A stretch of DNA of 64,000 nt, taken from Desulfovibrionaceae bacterium. Lineage in GTDB: Bacteria > Desulfobacterota > Desulfovibrionia > Desulfovibrionales > Desulfovibrionaceae. The notes beneath the pieces are model-generated. The model did no database searches and was not told the origin of the DNA. It worked only from the letters and a program-made list of their open reading frames with translations. The translations under genes and the position numbers were made by a program. Shown here piece after piece: positions 1 through 9,160 of this stretch. Location: contig JAVBSC010000019.1 of NCBI GenBank assembly GCA_031547305.1, positions 38,609 through 102,608 of the forward strand, read 5' to 3'. Each line of letters opens with the position of its first letter. The first letter of the stretch is position 1.

Positions 1-977
1 TCCACATGGGACTGACCGTTCCCGGCCATGTGCTCACCAGTCCGCAGATTTTCGGGGTGCGCTCCGTGGATTTGGAAAGCGGCCATGAGCGGACTTTTCA
101 GCGCCATTACCTGAATATCCGCCGGGAAGAACTGGACCGCTGGCTGTTTTCCAGAGCCGCGTCCAAGGGCAATATTCTGGCCCTGACCGGCCGCCGGCTG
201 GTCAGCTTCAGTCAGGATGCCCAGGGCGTAAGCGCTGTGCTGGACGATGGCCGGAGCATCCGGGCCAGGCTTTTAGTCGGCGCGGACGGGGGCGGTTCAC
301 GGGTGCGCCGCCTGCTCGGACTGGACAATTTCAGCGGCCGGGCCTGTTCGCCGGGCGGCGTCCTGGGCCATTGGCGAACCTTGTTCGCCCCCAGGCGCTA
401 TCTGGCCGTGCAGGAGTGTTTTGCCGTAAATGATGTTCCTTCCGAATTCGGGGCGTTTTTCCACCAGCGAATCACGGATTACTATTCCTGGACCATCCCC
501 AAGGAAGAAAACCTGCTGGTGGGCGCGGCCCTGCCCTGGCCGGAGAAGAATGCCGCGGGCCCAGGCCCGGACGAGCGTTTCGCTCTGCTGCTTCGGCATT
601 TACGCCAACGCGGCTACAATCTGGACAAGCCGCTGCGCCGCGAAAGCTGCGCCCTGCTTTGCCCCAGCCCCATCCATGAATTCCCTCTGGGGCGGGGGAG
701 TGTCGTCCTGCTTGGCGAAGCGGCCGGCCTGATCAGCCCCAGCTCGGCCGAAGGCCTGAGCTACGCCTTCCGCAGCGCCATGACTCTGGCCAAAACCCTG
801 GTGGCTCTTCAGGCTTCCGATTCGCGCGTTCTGCCCCTGTACACGCAAAAAATCCGCCCTCTGCTCCGGACTTTGCGCCTGAAATGCCTGAAGTCCGCGG
901 TCATTTACCACCCCACGCTGCGCCGCCTGGCTCTGGCCAGCGGGCTGAACAGCTTTTCCGCCAAAGATATGTGGTGA
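1..977 (+). CDS. FAD-dependent oxidoreductase, geranylgeranyl-reductase-like (5' end outside window)
   Basis: ORF is open to the window edge (frame of ORF 6..977). GADGGGSRVRR matches the GADGxxSxxR flavoprotein motif. GEAAGLISPSSAEGLSYA matches the C-terminal FAD-contact motif of this family. Confidence 0.7.
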   Translation, partial: HMGLTVPGHVLTSPQIFGVRSVDLESGHERTFQRHYLNIRREELDRWLFSRAASKGNILALTGRRLVSFSQDAQGVSAVLDDGRSIRARLLVGADGGGSRVRRLLGLDNFSGRACSPGGVLGHWRTLFAPRRYLAVQECFAVNDVPSEFGAFFHQRITDYYSWTIPKEENLLVGAALPWPEKNAAGPGPDERFALLLRHLRQRGYNLDKPLRRESCALLCPSPIHEFPLGRGSVVLLGEAAGLISPSSAEGLSYAFRSAMTLAKTLVALQASDSRVLPLYTQKIRPLLRTLRLKCLKSAVIYHPTLRRLALASGLNSFSAKDMW

Positions 978-982
978 ATTTT

Positions 983-1735
983 TTATAATCCCACGGCTTT
1001 TTTAAGATCCGCGACTTCGCGGCTGGTCAGGGGGCGGCATTGGCCAGTGGGCAGGCCGCCGAGTTCGAGCGGCCCCTGGGCTATGCGGCGCAGGCGCAGG
1101 ATCGTCAGGCCCAGGTCCCGGCACATGCGGCGGATCTGGCGGTTCAGGCCCTGGTGCAGGATCAGGCGCATGGTGTGTGGCTGGCCGGCGGGGAGCAGGG
1201 CGGCTTCCACCGGGGCCAGGCGTTCGCCTTCGGCCAGGCGCATGCCCTGGCGCAGGGTCTGGAGCATGTCCTGAGTCACGGGTTCGCGAACCTGCACTTC
1301 GTAGTACTTGGGCAAGTGGTGGCTGGGGTGGGTGAGGCGCTTGGTCAGTTCGCCGTCGTCGGTCAGAAGGATCAGCCCTTCGGAAAAATAATCCAGGCGT
1401 CCGGCCGGGTAAAGGCGCTTGGCTCGCAGGTTTGCGGGCAGCAGATCCAGCACGGTGCGCCGGCCTTCGGGATCTTTGGCCGTGCTGACCACCTGGATGG
1501 GCTTGTGCAGCATAATATAGGTATGGCCGGAGTCCGGGGCGGGGCGGCTTACCGGTTGGCCGCGCACGCTCAGGACGTCGCCGGCTTCCACCCGCAGGCC
1601 GAGATCCCGAACCGCGGCCCCGTTGACGCTGACCAGGCCCTGGCGGATAAGCTCGTCCGCCTGGCGGCGCGAGCAGACGCCGGCGGCGGCCAGGGCCTTG
1701 TTCAGGCGCATGCTGGTGTTTTGGGAATCAGGCAT
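983..1735 (-). CDS. RsuA/RluB-family rRNA pseudouridine synthase
   Basis: N-terminal S4 RNA-binding motif (MRLNKALAAAGVCSRRQADELIRQGLVSVNG). Catalytic-Asp motif GRLDYFSEGLILLTDDG. Confidence 0.85.
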   Translation of the reverse strand: MPDSQNTSMRLNKALAAAGVCSRRQADELIRQGLVSVNGAAVRDLGLRVEAGDVLSVRGQPVSRPAPDSGHTYIMLHKPIQVVSTAKDPEGRRTVLDLLPANLRAKRLYPAGRLDYFSEGLILLTDDGELTKRLTHPSHHLPKYYEVQVREPVTQDMLQTLRQGMRLAEGERLAPVEAALLPAGQPHTMRLILHQGLNRQIRRMCRDLGLTILRLRRIAQGPLELGGLPTGQCRPLTSREVADLKKAVGL

Positions 1736-1741
1736 GGTTTT

Positions 1742-2389
1742 TTATGGACGGATAACTTTGTCGGCCACCTGCATGCTGGTGACAATGTCCAGCATGTTGG
1801 TGGTCTGGCCGACCACTTTTTTATCCAGCAATTTAAAATGTTCCAGGCAGGCCCCGCAGACCAGGACATCCACTCCGGATTGCTCCAGATGCCGGAGTTG
1901 ATCCAGGACGGGGCTTTCCGCCACGGTCAGGCGGACTCCGCCGTTAACCAGTATGACGCGCCAGAGATCCTGCCCCAGTTCCGGCAGGGTGGCAAGGAAG
2001 TTTTTCATCAGTTTGGCGCCCAGGGCGTCGTCGCCTTGGCCCAGAAGGTTTGCGGCTATAAAAACCAGGATTTTGGAAGAGCTTTTCGGGGGCTGGGAAT
2101 TTATCACGGAGTCTTCCCCGTGGACCAGACCGGCCAAAGATGCGCCGGCGGCTGGGGCGCCGGTGGCTGGCGGGCGTTTTGCCGCGGTAATGCGGTGGTT
2201 TTTTCCGTTGCTTTCCACGCTTGCATTATACGCGTTTGCGGTTATAAAACGCAGTACATTTTCCTTGGCGGCGTCGTTGTCCACCAGTATAGTGAATTCG
2301 TCCGGCTCCTCCAATTCCAGCAGGTGTTTGACCTGCAAAACCGGTTGCGGGCAGGGCAGATTCTGGCAATCCAGAAATTTTTTCGGCAT
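1742..2389 (-). CDS. yedF: YedF-like sulfurtransferase-like selenium metabolism protein (TusA-like N-domain plus DsrE-like C-domain)
   Basis: TusA-type CPxP motif (LDCQNLPCPQPVLQVK) followed by a DsrE/F-like domain (ILVFIAANLLGQGDD...VLVCGACLEHF). I chose the start at the internal ATG 2389, which is preceded by AGGAG. The longest ORF runs to 2521. Confidence 0.7.
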   Translation of the reverse strand: MPKKFLDCQNLPCPQPVLQVKHLLELEEPDEFTILVDNDAAKENVLRFITANAYNASVESNGKNHRITAAKRPPATGAPAAGASLAGLVHGEDSVINSQPPKSSSKILVFIAANLLGQGDDALGAKLMKNFLATLPELGQDLWRVILVNGGVRLTVAESPVLDQLRHLEQSGVDVLVCGACLEHFKLLDKKVVGQTTNMLDIVTSMQVADKVIRP

Positions 2390-2527
2390 GGCGCGCTCCT
2401 GAAGAATTTTATGCGACCGCATTTTCATAGCAGTTCGCCGGGTGGCGGCAAAATTGAAAAAAGCTATGCCGAAACCGGCTTTGAATTGGTTTTTTCTATA
2501 TGCTTGGTATCTTTTAGGCAATAAGAC

Positions 2528-4306
2528 ATGAAACTTAAAAATCCATCAAAAAATGCCCCGAACGCCGCGACAAGCCTTGCCCTGTTCAAACGCTCCCTGA
2601 GTTATTTCGCGCCGTTCAAACCGCAGGCCGCGGTGGCGATTGCGGCCATGATCGTAGTGGCCTTGTGCAACGGATATACGGCTTACCTGGTAAAGCCGGC
2701 CTTTGACGACATTTTCGGCAAACTGGACCGTGAGGCGCTTTTCTGGGTGCCCCTGGCTTTTGTGGGGGTGACCCTGGCCAAGGTGCTCTGCCGGACCGTC
2801 CAGAACTACACCATGCAGTACTGCGGCCTGAAGGTGCTGGAGCGCCTGCGCGACGAGCTGTGCAACAAAATCCTGCGTCTGCCCATGCGCTTTTATGAAG
2901 GCACCCAGGTGGGCATGCTCATGTCCCGCGTGATTAACGACGTGGTGATGATCCGCTCCAGTCTGCCCGCCATGATCATGCTGGTGCGCCAGATAATAAC
3001 CATGGCCAGCCTGATTGTCGTCATTTTCTACCAGGATCCCTACCTGGCCTCCTGGGCTATGCTGGCTTTGCCTTTTGCCGGGTTCCCCTTCATCTATTTC
3101 GGCCGCCGGCATCGCAAGCTTGGGCGCAAGGGCCAGATGAAGGTGGCGGATATTTCCATTTTGCTCCAGGAAGTGTTCAGCGGCATCCGCGTGGTCAAGG
3201 CCTTTGCCACGGAACTTCTGGAAAGCCGGCGTTTTGACAAGGAAAACCGCCGCCTGCTGAAAATATCCCTTAACCAGTGCCTGGCCAGTGAAATGTCTTC
3301 ATCGGCCATGGAGTTCATCGGCGCGGTCGGAATGGCCGCTGTGATGTGGTACGGCGGGCTGCGCGTCATAGAAGGCCAGTCCACGCCGGGCACGTTTTTT
3401 TCTTTTGTGGCCGCGGTGGTCATGCTTTATGACCCCCTGAAGAAGCTGAGCGATTCCAACCAGGACATTCAAAAAGCCCTGGCCGGGGCGGAGCGGGTTT
3501 TTGAAATTATTGATTCCAGGGAAATAGTGGAAGAATCCGGCGGTCCGCTGGAAGTGGAGGGGGCGTTCCGGGAACTCAGCTTTGAAGACGTGAGTTTTTC
3601 CTATAACCCGGATGCCCAGGCGCTGGCCGGCATCAATCTGACGGTCAAAGCCGGGGAGCGCGTGGCCATAGTGGGTCCGTCCGGGGCGGGCAAAAGCACG
3701 TTCGTCAACCTGATCCCCAGGTTTTACGATCCGGACTCCGGGGTGATCAAGCTTAACGGCCGTCCGCTCAGGGAATACGACCTGGCTTCGCTGCGCCGCA
3801 ACGTGGCCATAGTTTCGCAGGATAACTTTTTGTTCAACGTTTCCATCAGAGAAAACATCGGCTACGGCCTGCCGGAACTTTCGGAAGAAGCCTGCGCAGC
3901 GGCGGCAGAAGCCGCCTATGTGGACGAGTTCATCCGCAACATGCCGGAAAACTACGATACCCTGGTGGGGGAGCGGGGAACAAAGCTTTCCGGGGGGCAA
4001 AAGCAGCGGATCACCATAGCCAGGGCCATCGCCAAAGACGCCTCCCTGCTGATTCTGGACGAAGCCACCAGCGCCCTGGATTCCGAATCGGAAAAAATAG
4101 TCCAGAAGGCTCTGGAAAACCTTATGCGGGGCCGGACCAGCATTGTCATTGCGCACAGGCTTTCAACCATTCTGAATTCCGACAGGATTCTGGTCATGGA
4201 TCGCGGCAGGGTGATCGCCCAGGGCCCGCACAGCGAGCTTCTGAACGCCAGCCCGCTGTATGCCAAGCTTTATTCCATGCAGTTCGGGCTTTCCGAGGAG
4301 CGGTAG
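2528..4306 (+). CDS. msbA: ABC transporter permease/ATPase, MsbA-like lipid A flippase
   Basis: Six-TM N-domain. Walker A GPSGAGKST, signature LSGGQKQR, Walker B LLILDEATSALD. Followed directly by lipid A acyltransferase-type genes. Confidence 0.85.
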   Translation: MKLKNPSKNAPNAATSLALFKRSLSYFAPFKPQAAVAIAAMIVVALCNGYTAYLVKPAFDDIFGKLDREALFWVPLAFVGVTLAKVLCRTVQNYTMQYCGLKVLERLRDELCNKILRLPMRFYEGTQVGMLMSRVINDVVMIRSSLPAMIMLVRQIITMASLIVVIFYQDPYLASWAMLALPFAGFPFIYFGRRHRKLGRKGQMKVADISILLQEVFSGIRVVKAFATELLESRRFDKENRRLLKISLNQCLASEMSSSAMEFIGAVGMAAVMWYGGLRVIEGQSTPGTFFSFVAAVVMLYDPLKKLSDSNQDIQKALAGAERVFEIIDSREIVEESGGPLEVEGAFRELSFEDVSFSYNPDAQALAGINLTVKAGERVAIVGPSGAGKSTFVNLIPRFYDPDSGVIKLNGRPLREYDLASLRRNVAIVSQDNFLFNVSIRENIGYGLPELSEEACAAAAEAAYVDEFIRNMPENYDTLVGERGTKLSGGQKQRITIARAIAKDASLLILDEATSALDSESEKIVQKALENLMRGRTSIVIAHRLSTILNSDRILVMDRGRVIAQGPHSELLNASPLYAKLYSMQFGLSEER

Positions 4307-4311
4307 GAAGT

Positions 4312-4950
4312 ATGAAAATACCGGTCCGTCTGGTCGCTATTTGCGTTACTCCGCTATACAGGCTGTGGTGCAAAACCCTGCGCTACGCGGAGGAAGGCCG
4401 GGAAGCCTTGGACAGGCTTGACGCCGCCAAGCGATCCATGATTTTCGCCCTGTGGCACAATGAGCTTTTTCCTCTGATGCACGTAAAGAGGCAGCTGGAC
4501 ATCGTCTGTCCGGTCAGCCGCAGCCGGGACGGTGATTATCTGGCGGCCCTGCTGCGCGGCCTGGGTCTTAAAACCGCCAGGGGATCCAGTTCCAGAGGGG
4601 GCCTGGCCGTGCTCCGGAGCACTTTGCGGATGATGCGGGAGCAGCCGGGCCTGCATGCCTGCATTACCGTGGACGGTCCGCGCGGGCCGCGCCATATGCC
4701 CAAGCCGGGGGCTGTTTACCTGGCCGGGGAAACCGGCGCCCTGATTGTGCCGATACGCATGCTTATGGCCAGGGCCAAGATATTCCGATCCTGGGACCGC
4801 TTTGAGGTGCCTCTGCCGTTCAGCCGGGTGCACATAGTTTATGGCGAACCATACCCCATAGGGGCGGAGGAACTCGGCGAAGCCGCTGTTGCCGCGCATT
4901 GCGAAAACCTGCGGCAAAAGCTTAACTCCCTTGGAGAAAAGCGTGAATAA
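4312..4950 (+). CDS. DUF374 / lysophospholipid acyltransferase-like protein
   Basis: About 210 aa with ALWHNELFP and a GPRGP region typical of DUF374 proteins in Kdo/lipid A clusters. AGGAAG RBS lies 5 nt after the msbA stop. Confidence 0.65.
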   Translation: MKIPVRLVAICVTPLYRLWCKTLRYAEEGREALDRLDAAKRSMIFALWHNELFPLMHVKRQLDIVCPVSRSRDGDYLAALLRGLGLKTARGSSSRGGLAVLRSTLRMMREQPGLHACITVDGPRGPRHMPKPGAVYLAGETGALIVPIRMLMARAKIFRSWDRFEVPLPFSRVHIVYGEPYPIGAEELGEAAVAAHCENLRQKLNSLGEKRE

Positions 4951-4952
4951 AA

Positions 4953-5867
4953 ATGGTACAAGGGGCCGGCGCTTTGTTGCTTCATAAAATTCTGCGCATG
5001 GTGGAGCGTTTTTTTCGCTCCCTTGGCGGAAAAAGCATCTTGCGTCTGGCTGGAGCCCTGGGCTGGGCCATGCGGATTTTGCTGCCGGCCAGGCGCAAGT
5101 ACGCCAACAAGACCATTCAGGAACGCCTGGGCCTGCCTTTGGAGCGGGCGGAGGAGGTAACCAGAGCTTCCTTCCGCAACAACGCGTTGTCTTTTTTGGA
5201 AATTTTCCAGACCAGGGATTTCCCGTTGCGCGACAACCCCAGGCTGTTGCCCTGGCCGGCGGAGTTTCAGGCAATACTGGACTCCGGCCGCCCGGTGGTG
5301 GCCGCCACCGCGCACCTGGGGGCCTGGGAGCTTCTGGCCGGACTATTGGGCGATTTCAACCCGGAGCGGCCGCACCTGGTGGTGGTGCGCAAACAGCGCA
5401 ATCCCTCCGTTAATGAATGGATTCGCGGCCTGCGCGAGGCGCGCGGCGCCAAGTCCGTGGATCACCGCAACGCCGCGCCCGTGGTTTTGGACGCCTTGCG
5501 CCAGGGCGGGGTCGCGGCCTTTTTGGTGGATCACAACTGCAACCGGCGCGAAGCCGTGTTTTTGCCGTTTCTGGGGCGGGATGCGGCGGTCAACGTGGGG
5601 CCGGCGCTTCTGGCGCTGCGCGGCAAAGCCCTGGTGGTTCCGGTATTTCTGCTGCGGACGGAAAACGGCGCGTACTCCCTGAATGTCCACAAGGCTCTGG
5701 ACACCACTGCCCTGACCGGCGGCATATCCGAGAGGGTCAAGGCGATCGCGGAATTTTACACCCGCGCTGTGGAGCGGGAGGTGCGGCTTTGCCCGGAGCA
5801 GTGGTTTTGGATGCACAAAAGATGGAAAACCAGGCCGCCAGGTGAACCGGGCGACAGCGGAGTGTAG
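4953..5867 (+). CDS. LpxL/HtrB-family lipid A (Kdo2-lipid IVA) late acyltransferase
   Basis: Family-typical length and HLGAWEL (HxxxxE catalytic dyad). Starts 2 nt after the preceding stop. Confidence 0.75.
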   Translation: MVQGAGALLLHKILRMVERFFRSLGGKSILRLAGALGWAMRILLPARRKYANKTIQERLGLPLERAEEVTRASFRNNALSFLEIFQTRDFPLRDNPRLLPWPAEFQAILDSGRPVVAATAHLGAWELLAGLLGDFNPERPHLVVVRKQRNPSVNEWIRGLREARGAKSVDHRNAAPVVLDALRQGGVAAFLVDHNCNRREAVFLPFLGRDAAVNVGPALLALRGKALVVPVFLLRTENGAYSLNVHKALDTTALTGGISERVKAIAEFYTRAVEREVRLCPEQWFWMHKRWKTRPPGEPGDSGV

Positions 5868-5879
5868 GATTTTATTTCG

Positions 5880-5912
5880 CGCCATCGTAATACGAAAAGA
5901 TGGCGTTTTTTT
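5880..5912 (+). terminator. Rho-independent terminator after the lipid A module
   Basis: CGCCATC (5880-5886) pairs with GATGGCG (5899-5905), followed by T7 (5906-5912). Confidence 0.6.
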
Positions 5913-5965
5913 ATAGAGTGGCTATACAGGGCGAAGATTCTCCTTGATAGCCGGGATTCACCAGA

Positions 5966-6598
5966 ATGCACCAGATCCGCCTTGACATCTTTCTTACTAT
6001 GATAACCGTTGGCGGCACATTTGTGTTCGCCATCAGCGGCGCTGTGGCCGGAATCAAGCGCCAGTTGGATCTGTTCGGGGTGCTGGTGCTGGGCATGGCC
6101 GCTTCCTGCAGCGGCGGGATAATCCGTGACGTGCTCATCGGCGCCTTGCCGCCGGCCAGCGTGGCGGATTGGCGCATAGCCGCGTCCGCTTTTGGCGGCG
6201 CGCTGTTCAGCTTTTATTTTTTCTCCCTGGTCAATCGCCTGAATAACCCGGTGGAAATATTCGATGCCGTGGGCCTGGGGATTTTTACGGTAATCGGTAC
6301 TTCAAAGGCGCTTTTGTACGGCATAAATCCGATTTGGGCCGTGCTCCTGGGTGTGATTACCGGCGTGGGCGGCGGTGTGGTGCGGGATATGCTGCTGGCC
6401 CAGATTCCCATAATCCTGCGTGCGGAAATTTACGCCACAGCGGCAATCATCGGGGCGGCGATTGTAGTGATCGGCGATACGTTGCTCCACCTGCCCAAGG
6501 AACCGGTTATGGCCGTCGGCGCTCTGGCCTGCACCATCTTGCGTCTTTTGGCCATGCACTATCGCTGGCATATTCCCATTCAGCCGCCCAGTGAATAA
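5966..6598 (+). CDS. TRIC/UPF0126-family cation channel (YadS-like)
   Basis: Seven-TM protein with the duplicated glycine motif CSGGIIRDVLIG / GVGGGVVRDMLL. Confidence 0.8.
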   Translation: MHQIRLDIFLTMITVGGTFVFAISGAVAGIKRQLDLFGVLVLGMAASCSGGIIRDVLIGALPPASVADWRIAASAFGGALFSFYFFSLVNRLNNPVEIFDAVGLGIFTVIGTSKALLYGINPIWAVLLGVITGVGGGVVRDMLLAQIPIILRAEIYATAAIIGAAIVVIGDTLLHLPKEPVMAVGALACTILRLLAMHYRWHIPIQPPSE

Positions 6599-6604
6599 CA
6601 GAAG

Positions 6605-8008
6605 TTATTCGTCCTCAACCAGGCTGCCGGCATCTCCGGGAATCCGGGTAAAAATCAGCGCGGCCAGCACGCCGGCCACACCAGCGCATATATAGGTGTA
6701 ATGAAAAGCCCCGATCAGCGGGCTGCCTGGCGGGCCGGTGAAAAAACCCAGCAGTGTGGCAGCGAAGGCCACGCCGAAGCTCATGGATATCTGCATGACC
6801 ACGGAGAGCATGCTGTTGCCGCTGCCGGCATCCTTTGGCGGCAGGTCAATCAGGGTCAGGGTGTTCATGGCCGTGAACTGCAGGGAGTTGACCGCTCCCA
6901 GGCCGGCGAACAGGCTCAGGGAGGCCCAGAGCGGGGTGCCGGCGTCGATGAAGCCGAAGGACATTATCAGAAGGCCCATAAGAAGCGTGTTGCCCACCAG
7001 GGTGCTGCGGTACCCGAATTTTTTGATGACCGGGGAAGTGAGCGGCTTTGCGGCCAGGGAAACCAGGGCCATGGGTATCATGCACATGCCGGCTTTAAAC
7101 GGCGGGAAGCCAAGGGCCACCTGCAGGAGCAGCGGAGTGAGAAACGGCAGGGCTCCAATGCCGAAGCGGGCGAAGATGTTGCCCAGGATGCCTATTCTGA
7201 AACTGGGGATCTGAAAAAGCCGCAGGCTGAATATGGGGGTGGGGGCCTTTGCGGCGTAGCGGGAGTAAAAATAGAGAATCACCAGGCCGGCGCAGAGCAG
7301 GCCCCCGGCGTAGGCCTTGTCCATATGCAGTTCGCCCGCTCCGCCCACCGCGGCGGAAATAAGGACCATGGACAGGCCGAACATGAAAAACCCCTCCCAG
7401 TCAAACGGCGCCGGCTTGCCTTCCAGAAGGTCCGGCATATGCAGCAGGGTGAGTATTATTCCGATTGCGCCTATGGGAATGTTGATCAGAAATATCCAGT
7501 GCCAGGAGGCGTATTCCACCAGAAAACCGCCCAGGGTCGGTCCCATGAGCGGCCCGATAAGGCCGGGGACGGTGATGAAACTCATGACCTGAACCAGGTT
7601 GTGGCGCGGTGTGGTGCGCAATATGGACAAGCGCCCCACAGGCACCATGATGGCGCCGCCGATTCCCTGCAGAATGCGGGAAAGCACCAGGAACGGCAGG
7701 GTGGTGGACAGGGCGCAGAGGAGCGACCCGAAAGTGAACAGAAAAATGGCCGCGCAGAACACCTTGCGGGTGCCGAATTTATCCGCCAGCCAGCCGGAGG
7801 CCGGAATAAGCAGCGCAACCGTAAGCATGTAGGCCACAACCACGGACTGCATGCGCAGGGGGTTTTCGTTAAGGCTGGCCGCTATGGCCGGCAGGGCGGT
7901 GTTAAGGATGGTGGCGTCCAGCATTTCCATAAAAAATGACATGGCCACCAGCCATGGTAGAATGCGCGCGGTGCGTTTATCCAGATGAAAATAAGATGGG
8001 TTTGCCAT
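6605..8008 (-). CDS. MFS transporter, DHA2 (EmrB/QacA-like, 14 TM) drug:H+ antiporter
   Basis: 467 aa, about 14 hydrophobic segments, MFS motif A GWLADKFGTRKV. Confidence 0.85.
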   Translation of the reverse strand: MANPSYFHLDKRTARILPWLVAMSFFMEMLDATILNTALPAIAASLNENPLRMQSVVVAYMLTVALLIPASGWLADKFGTRKVFCAAIFLFTFGSLLCALSTTLPFLVLSRILQGIGGAIMVPVGRLSILRTTPRHNLVQVMSFITVPGLIGPLMGPTLGGFLVEYASWHWIFLINIPIGAIGIILTLLHMPDLLEGKPAPFDWEGFFMFGLSMVLISAAVGGAGELHMDKAYAGGLLCAGLVILYFYSRYAAKAPTPIFSLRLFQIPSFRIGILGNIFARFGIGALPFLTPLLLQVALGFPPFKAGMCMIPMALVSLAAKPLTSPVIKKFGYRSTLVGNTLLMGLLIMSFGFIDAGTPLWASLSLFAGLGAVNSLQFTAMNTLTLIDLPPKDAGSGNSMLSVVMQISMSFGVAFAATLLGFFTGPPGSPLIGAFHYTYICAGVAGVLAALIFTRIPGDAGSLVEDE

Positions 8009-8093
8009 AATTGCGCCATGTTGAGTGAACGTACAATTTGCACTTTAATACATATTGCCGGCGCAAGCCAGTGCTCGGCCTGATTTTTTTAGA

Positions 8094-8121
8094 GCGGGTG
8101 AACATGGAAAATGTTCATCCG
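8094..8121. promoter_or_regulatory. Conserved 28-bp box, copy A (contains TGAACAT-N5-ATGTTCA)
   Basis: GCGGGTGAACATGGAAAATGTTCATCCG. Matches copy B at 24 of 28 positions. Centre lies about 99 nt upstream of the MFS start codon. Confidence 0.5.
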
Positions 8122-8184
8122 CTCGCCGGGATTCGCCCGTAAATCCTTGCCGCGGCAATCTTAAAATGAATATGCTTTAATGAT

Positions 8185-8221
8185 AAAAAACCGGCCGCGC
8201 TTTTTGCGCGGCCGGTTTTTT
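8185..8221 (-). terminator. Rho-independent (bidirectional-looking) terminator
   Basis: A6, then CCGGCCGCGC, loop TTTTT, GCGCGGCCGG, then T6. Lies just downstream of the 8244 stop on the minus strand. Confidence 0.75.
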
Positions 8222-8243
8222 CCGGTAAAAATTTATAAGTGGA

Positions 8244-8885
8244 TCAATACGTCCACTTTCCCTTCATATATTTGATCAATTCCGTGACCTTCTCCCTCTT
8301 ATTTTCCACAAACGGGCCTTTGAGGGCGTCTTCCTTGGTGGGGGCTATGCAGACGTACTCCACTTCATGGTAGACCATCCGGCCCACATAGGAGACGGTT
8401 TTTGAGGATTCCGGGGCGTTGTAGGAAGTGTTCATGGATGCCGTGTCCACAGCCAGGTAACTGGCCCGGTAGCCTTCAGGGCATTTTTCCACCTGTTTGA
8501 ATTTTTCGCTGGGCCGCAGGTTTTTGTTCATGGACAGGGCCGCGGTTTTGGCAAACTCATCCAGGCCGCGCTGAATGGCCGCCTGATCTTCTTCTTCAGC
8601 CTTTGGCTTGCCAACTGTTTTTGCCGCGCCCTTGGGCTGGGCTTTGGACGCCGGCTTTGCGGACCCCTTTGAGGCTGCGGGTTTTGCCGCGGCTTTGGGC
8701 TGCGCTTTGGCCGGGGACACGGAAGCGACTTGCGTGGTTTTTTGTCCCTGGGCGGCGCTTTTCGCCGGCTCAACTTTCTTGGCCGGCGCGGCGGCGGTTT
8801 TTGTTTCGGCGGAAAAGGCCGGAGTGGCAATCAAGCAGGCGCAAATAATTACAATGCAACTTAATACGCGGTACTTTCTGGTCAT
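8244..8885 (-). CDS. Exported protein with Ala/Lys/Pro-rich low-complexity tract, family unknown
   Basis: Signal peptide MTRKYRVLSCIVIICACLIATPAFSAE, an AKP-rich tract of about 90 aa, and a globular C-terminus. GGGAGAAG RBS. Confidence 0.6.
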   Translation of the reverse strand: MTRKYRVLSCIVIICACLIATPAFSAETKTAAAPAKKVEPAKSAAQGQKTTQVASVSPAKAQPKAAAKPAASKGSAKPASKAQPKGAAKTVGKPKAEEEDQAAIQRGLDEFAKTAALSMNKNLRPSEKFKQVEKCPEGYRASYLAVDTASMNTSYNAPESSKTVSYVGRMVYHEVEYVCIAPTKEDALKGPFVENKREKVTELIKYMKGKWTY

Positions 8886-8967
8886 TTCTTCTCCCTGCCA
8901 AGGCTGTTCAAATAATAGGCTTATATTATTAAAGCCTATAGTGATGGATAAAGGTTGGTTTATTGGC

Positions 8968-8995
8968 GCGGATTAATATTGAAAATGTTCATCCG
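8968..8995. promoter_or_regulatory. Conserved 28-bp box, copy B
   Basis: GCGGATTAATATTGAAAATGTTCATCCG. Centre lies about 96 nt upstream of the start codon at 8885. Confidence 0.5.
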
Positions 8996-9160
8996 TCCCT
9001 AAAGGATTTGCCCGCCTTCAAGAGGAAATATGAAAGTGAATGTCTTTTTAAGCGGCGAGGCGGAAAAAATCAGCTCTCACCTCGCCGGGCGCTAATACTT
9101 TACACTTCCTGCGCCATTTTTACAAGCGGCTGGCGTGCAAGGCCCCATGTGGCTTGCTGG

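Noticed and set aside
1040-2524. 494-aa plus-strand ORF
   Set aside because: It is antisense to the pseudouridine synthase and yedF. Shadow ORF. The same reasoning applies to 6701-7939, 22605-23690, 31055-32158, 33076-34107, 40826-42280 and 60204-61211.
8103-8141. 12-codon ORF MENVHPLAGIRP inside box A, and the 139-aa ORF 8963-9382 starting in box B (both contain ENVHP)
   Set aside because: The shared peptide is simply the translation of the shared 15-mer. Both ORFs are on the strand opposite the flanking genes and lack an RBS, and the longer one overlaps the better-supported minus-strand gene 9161-9421.
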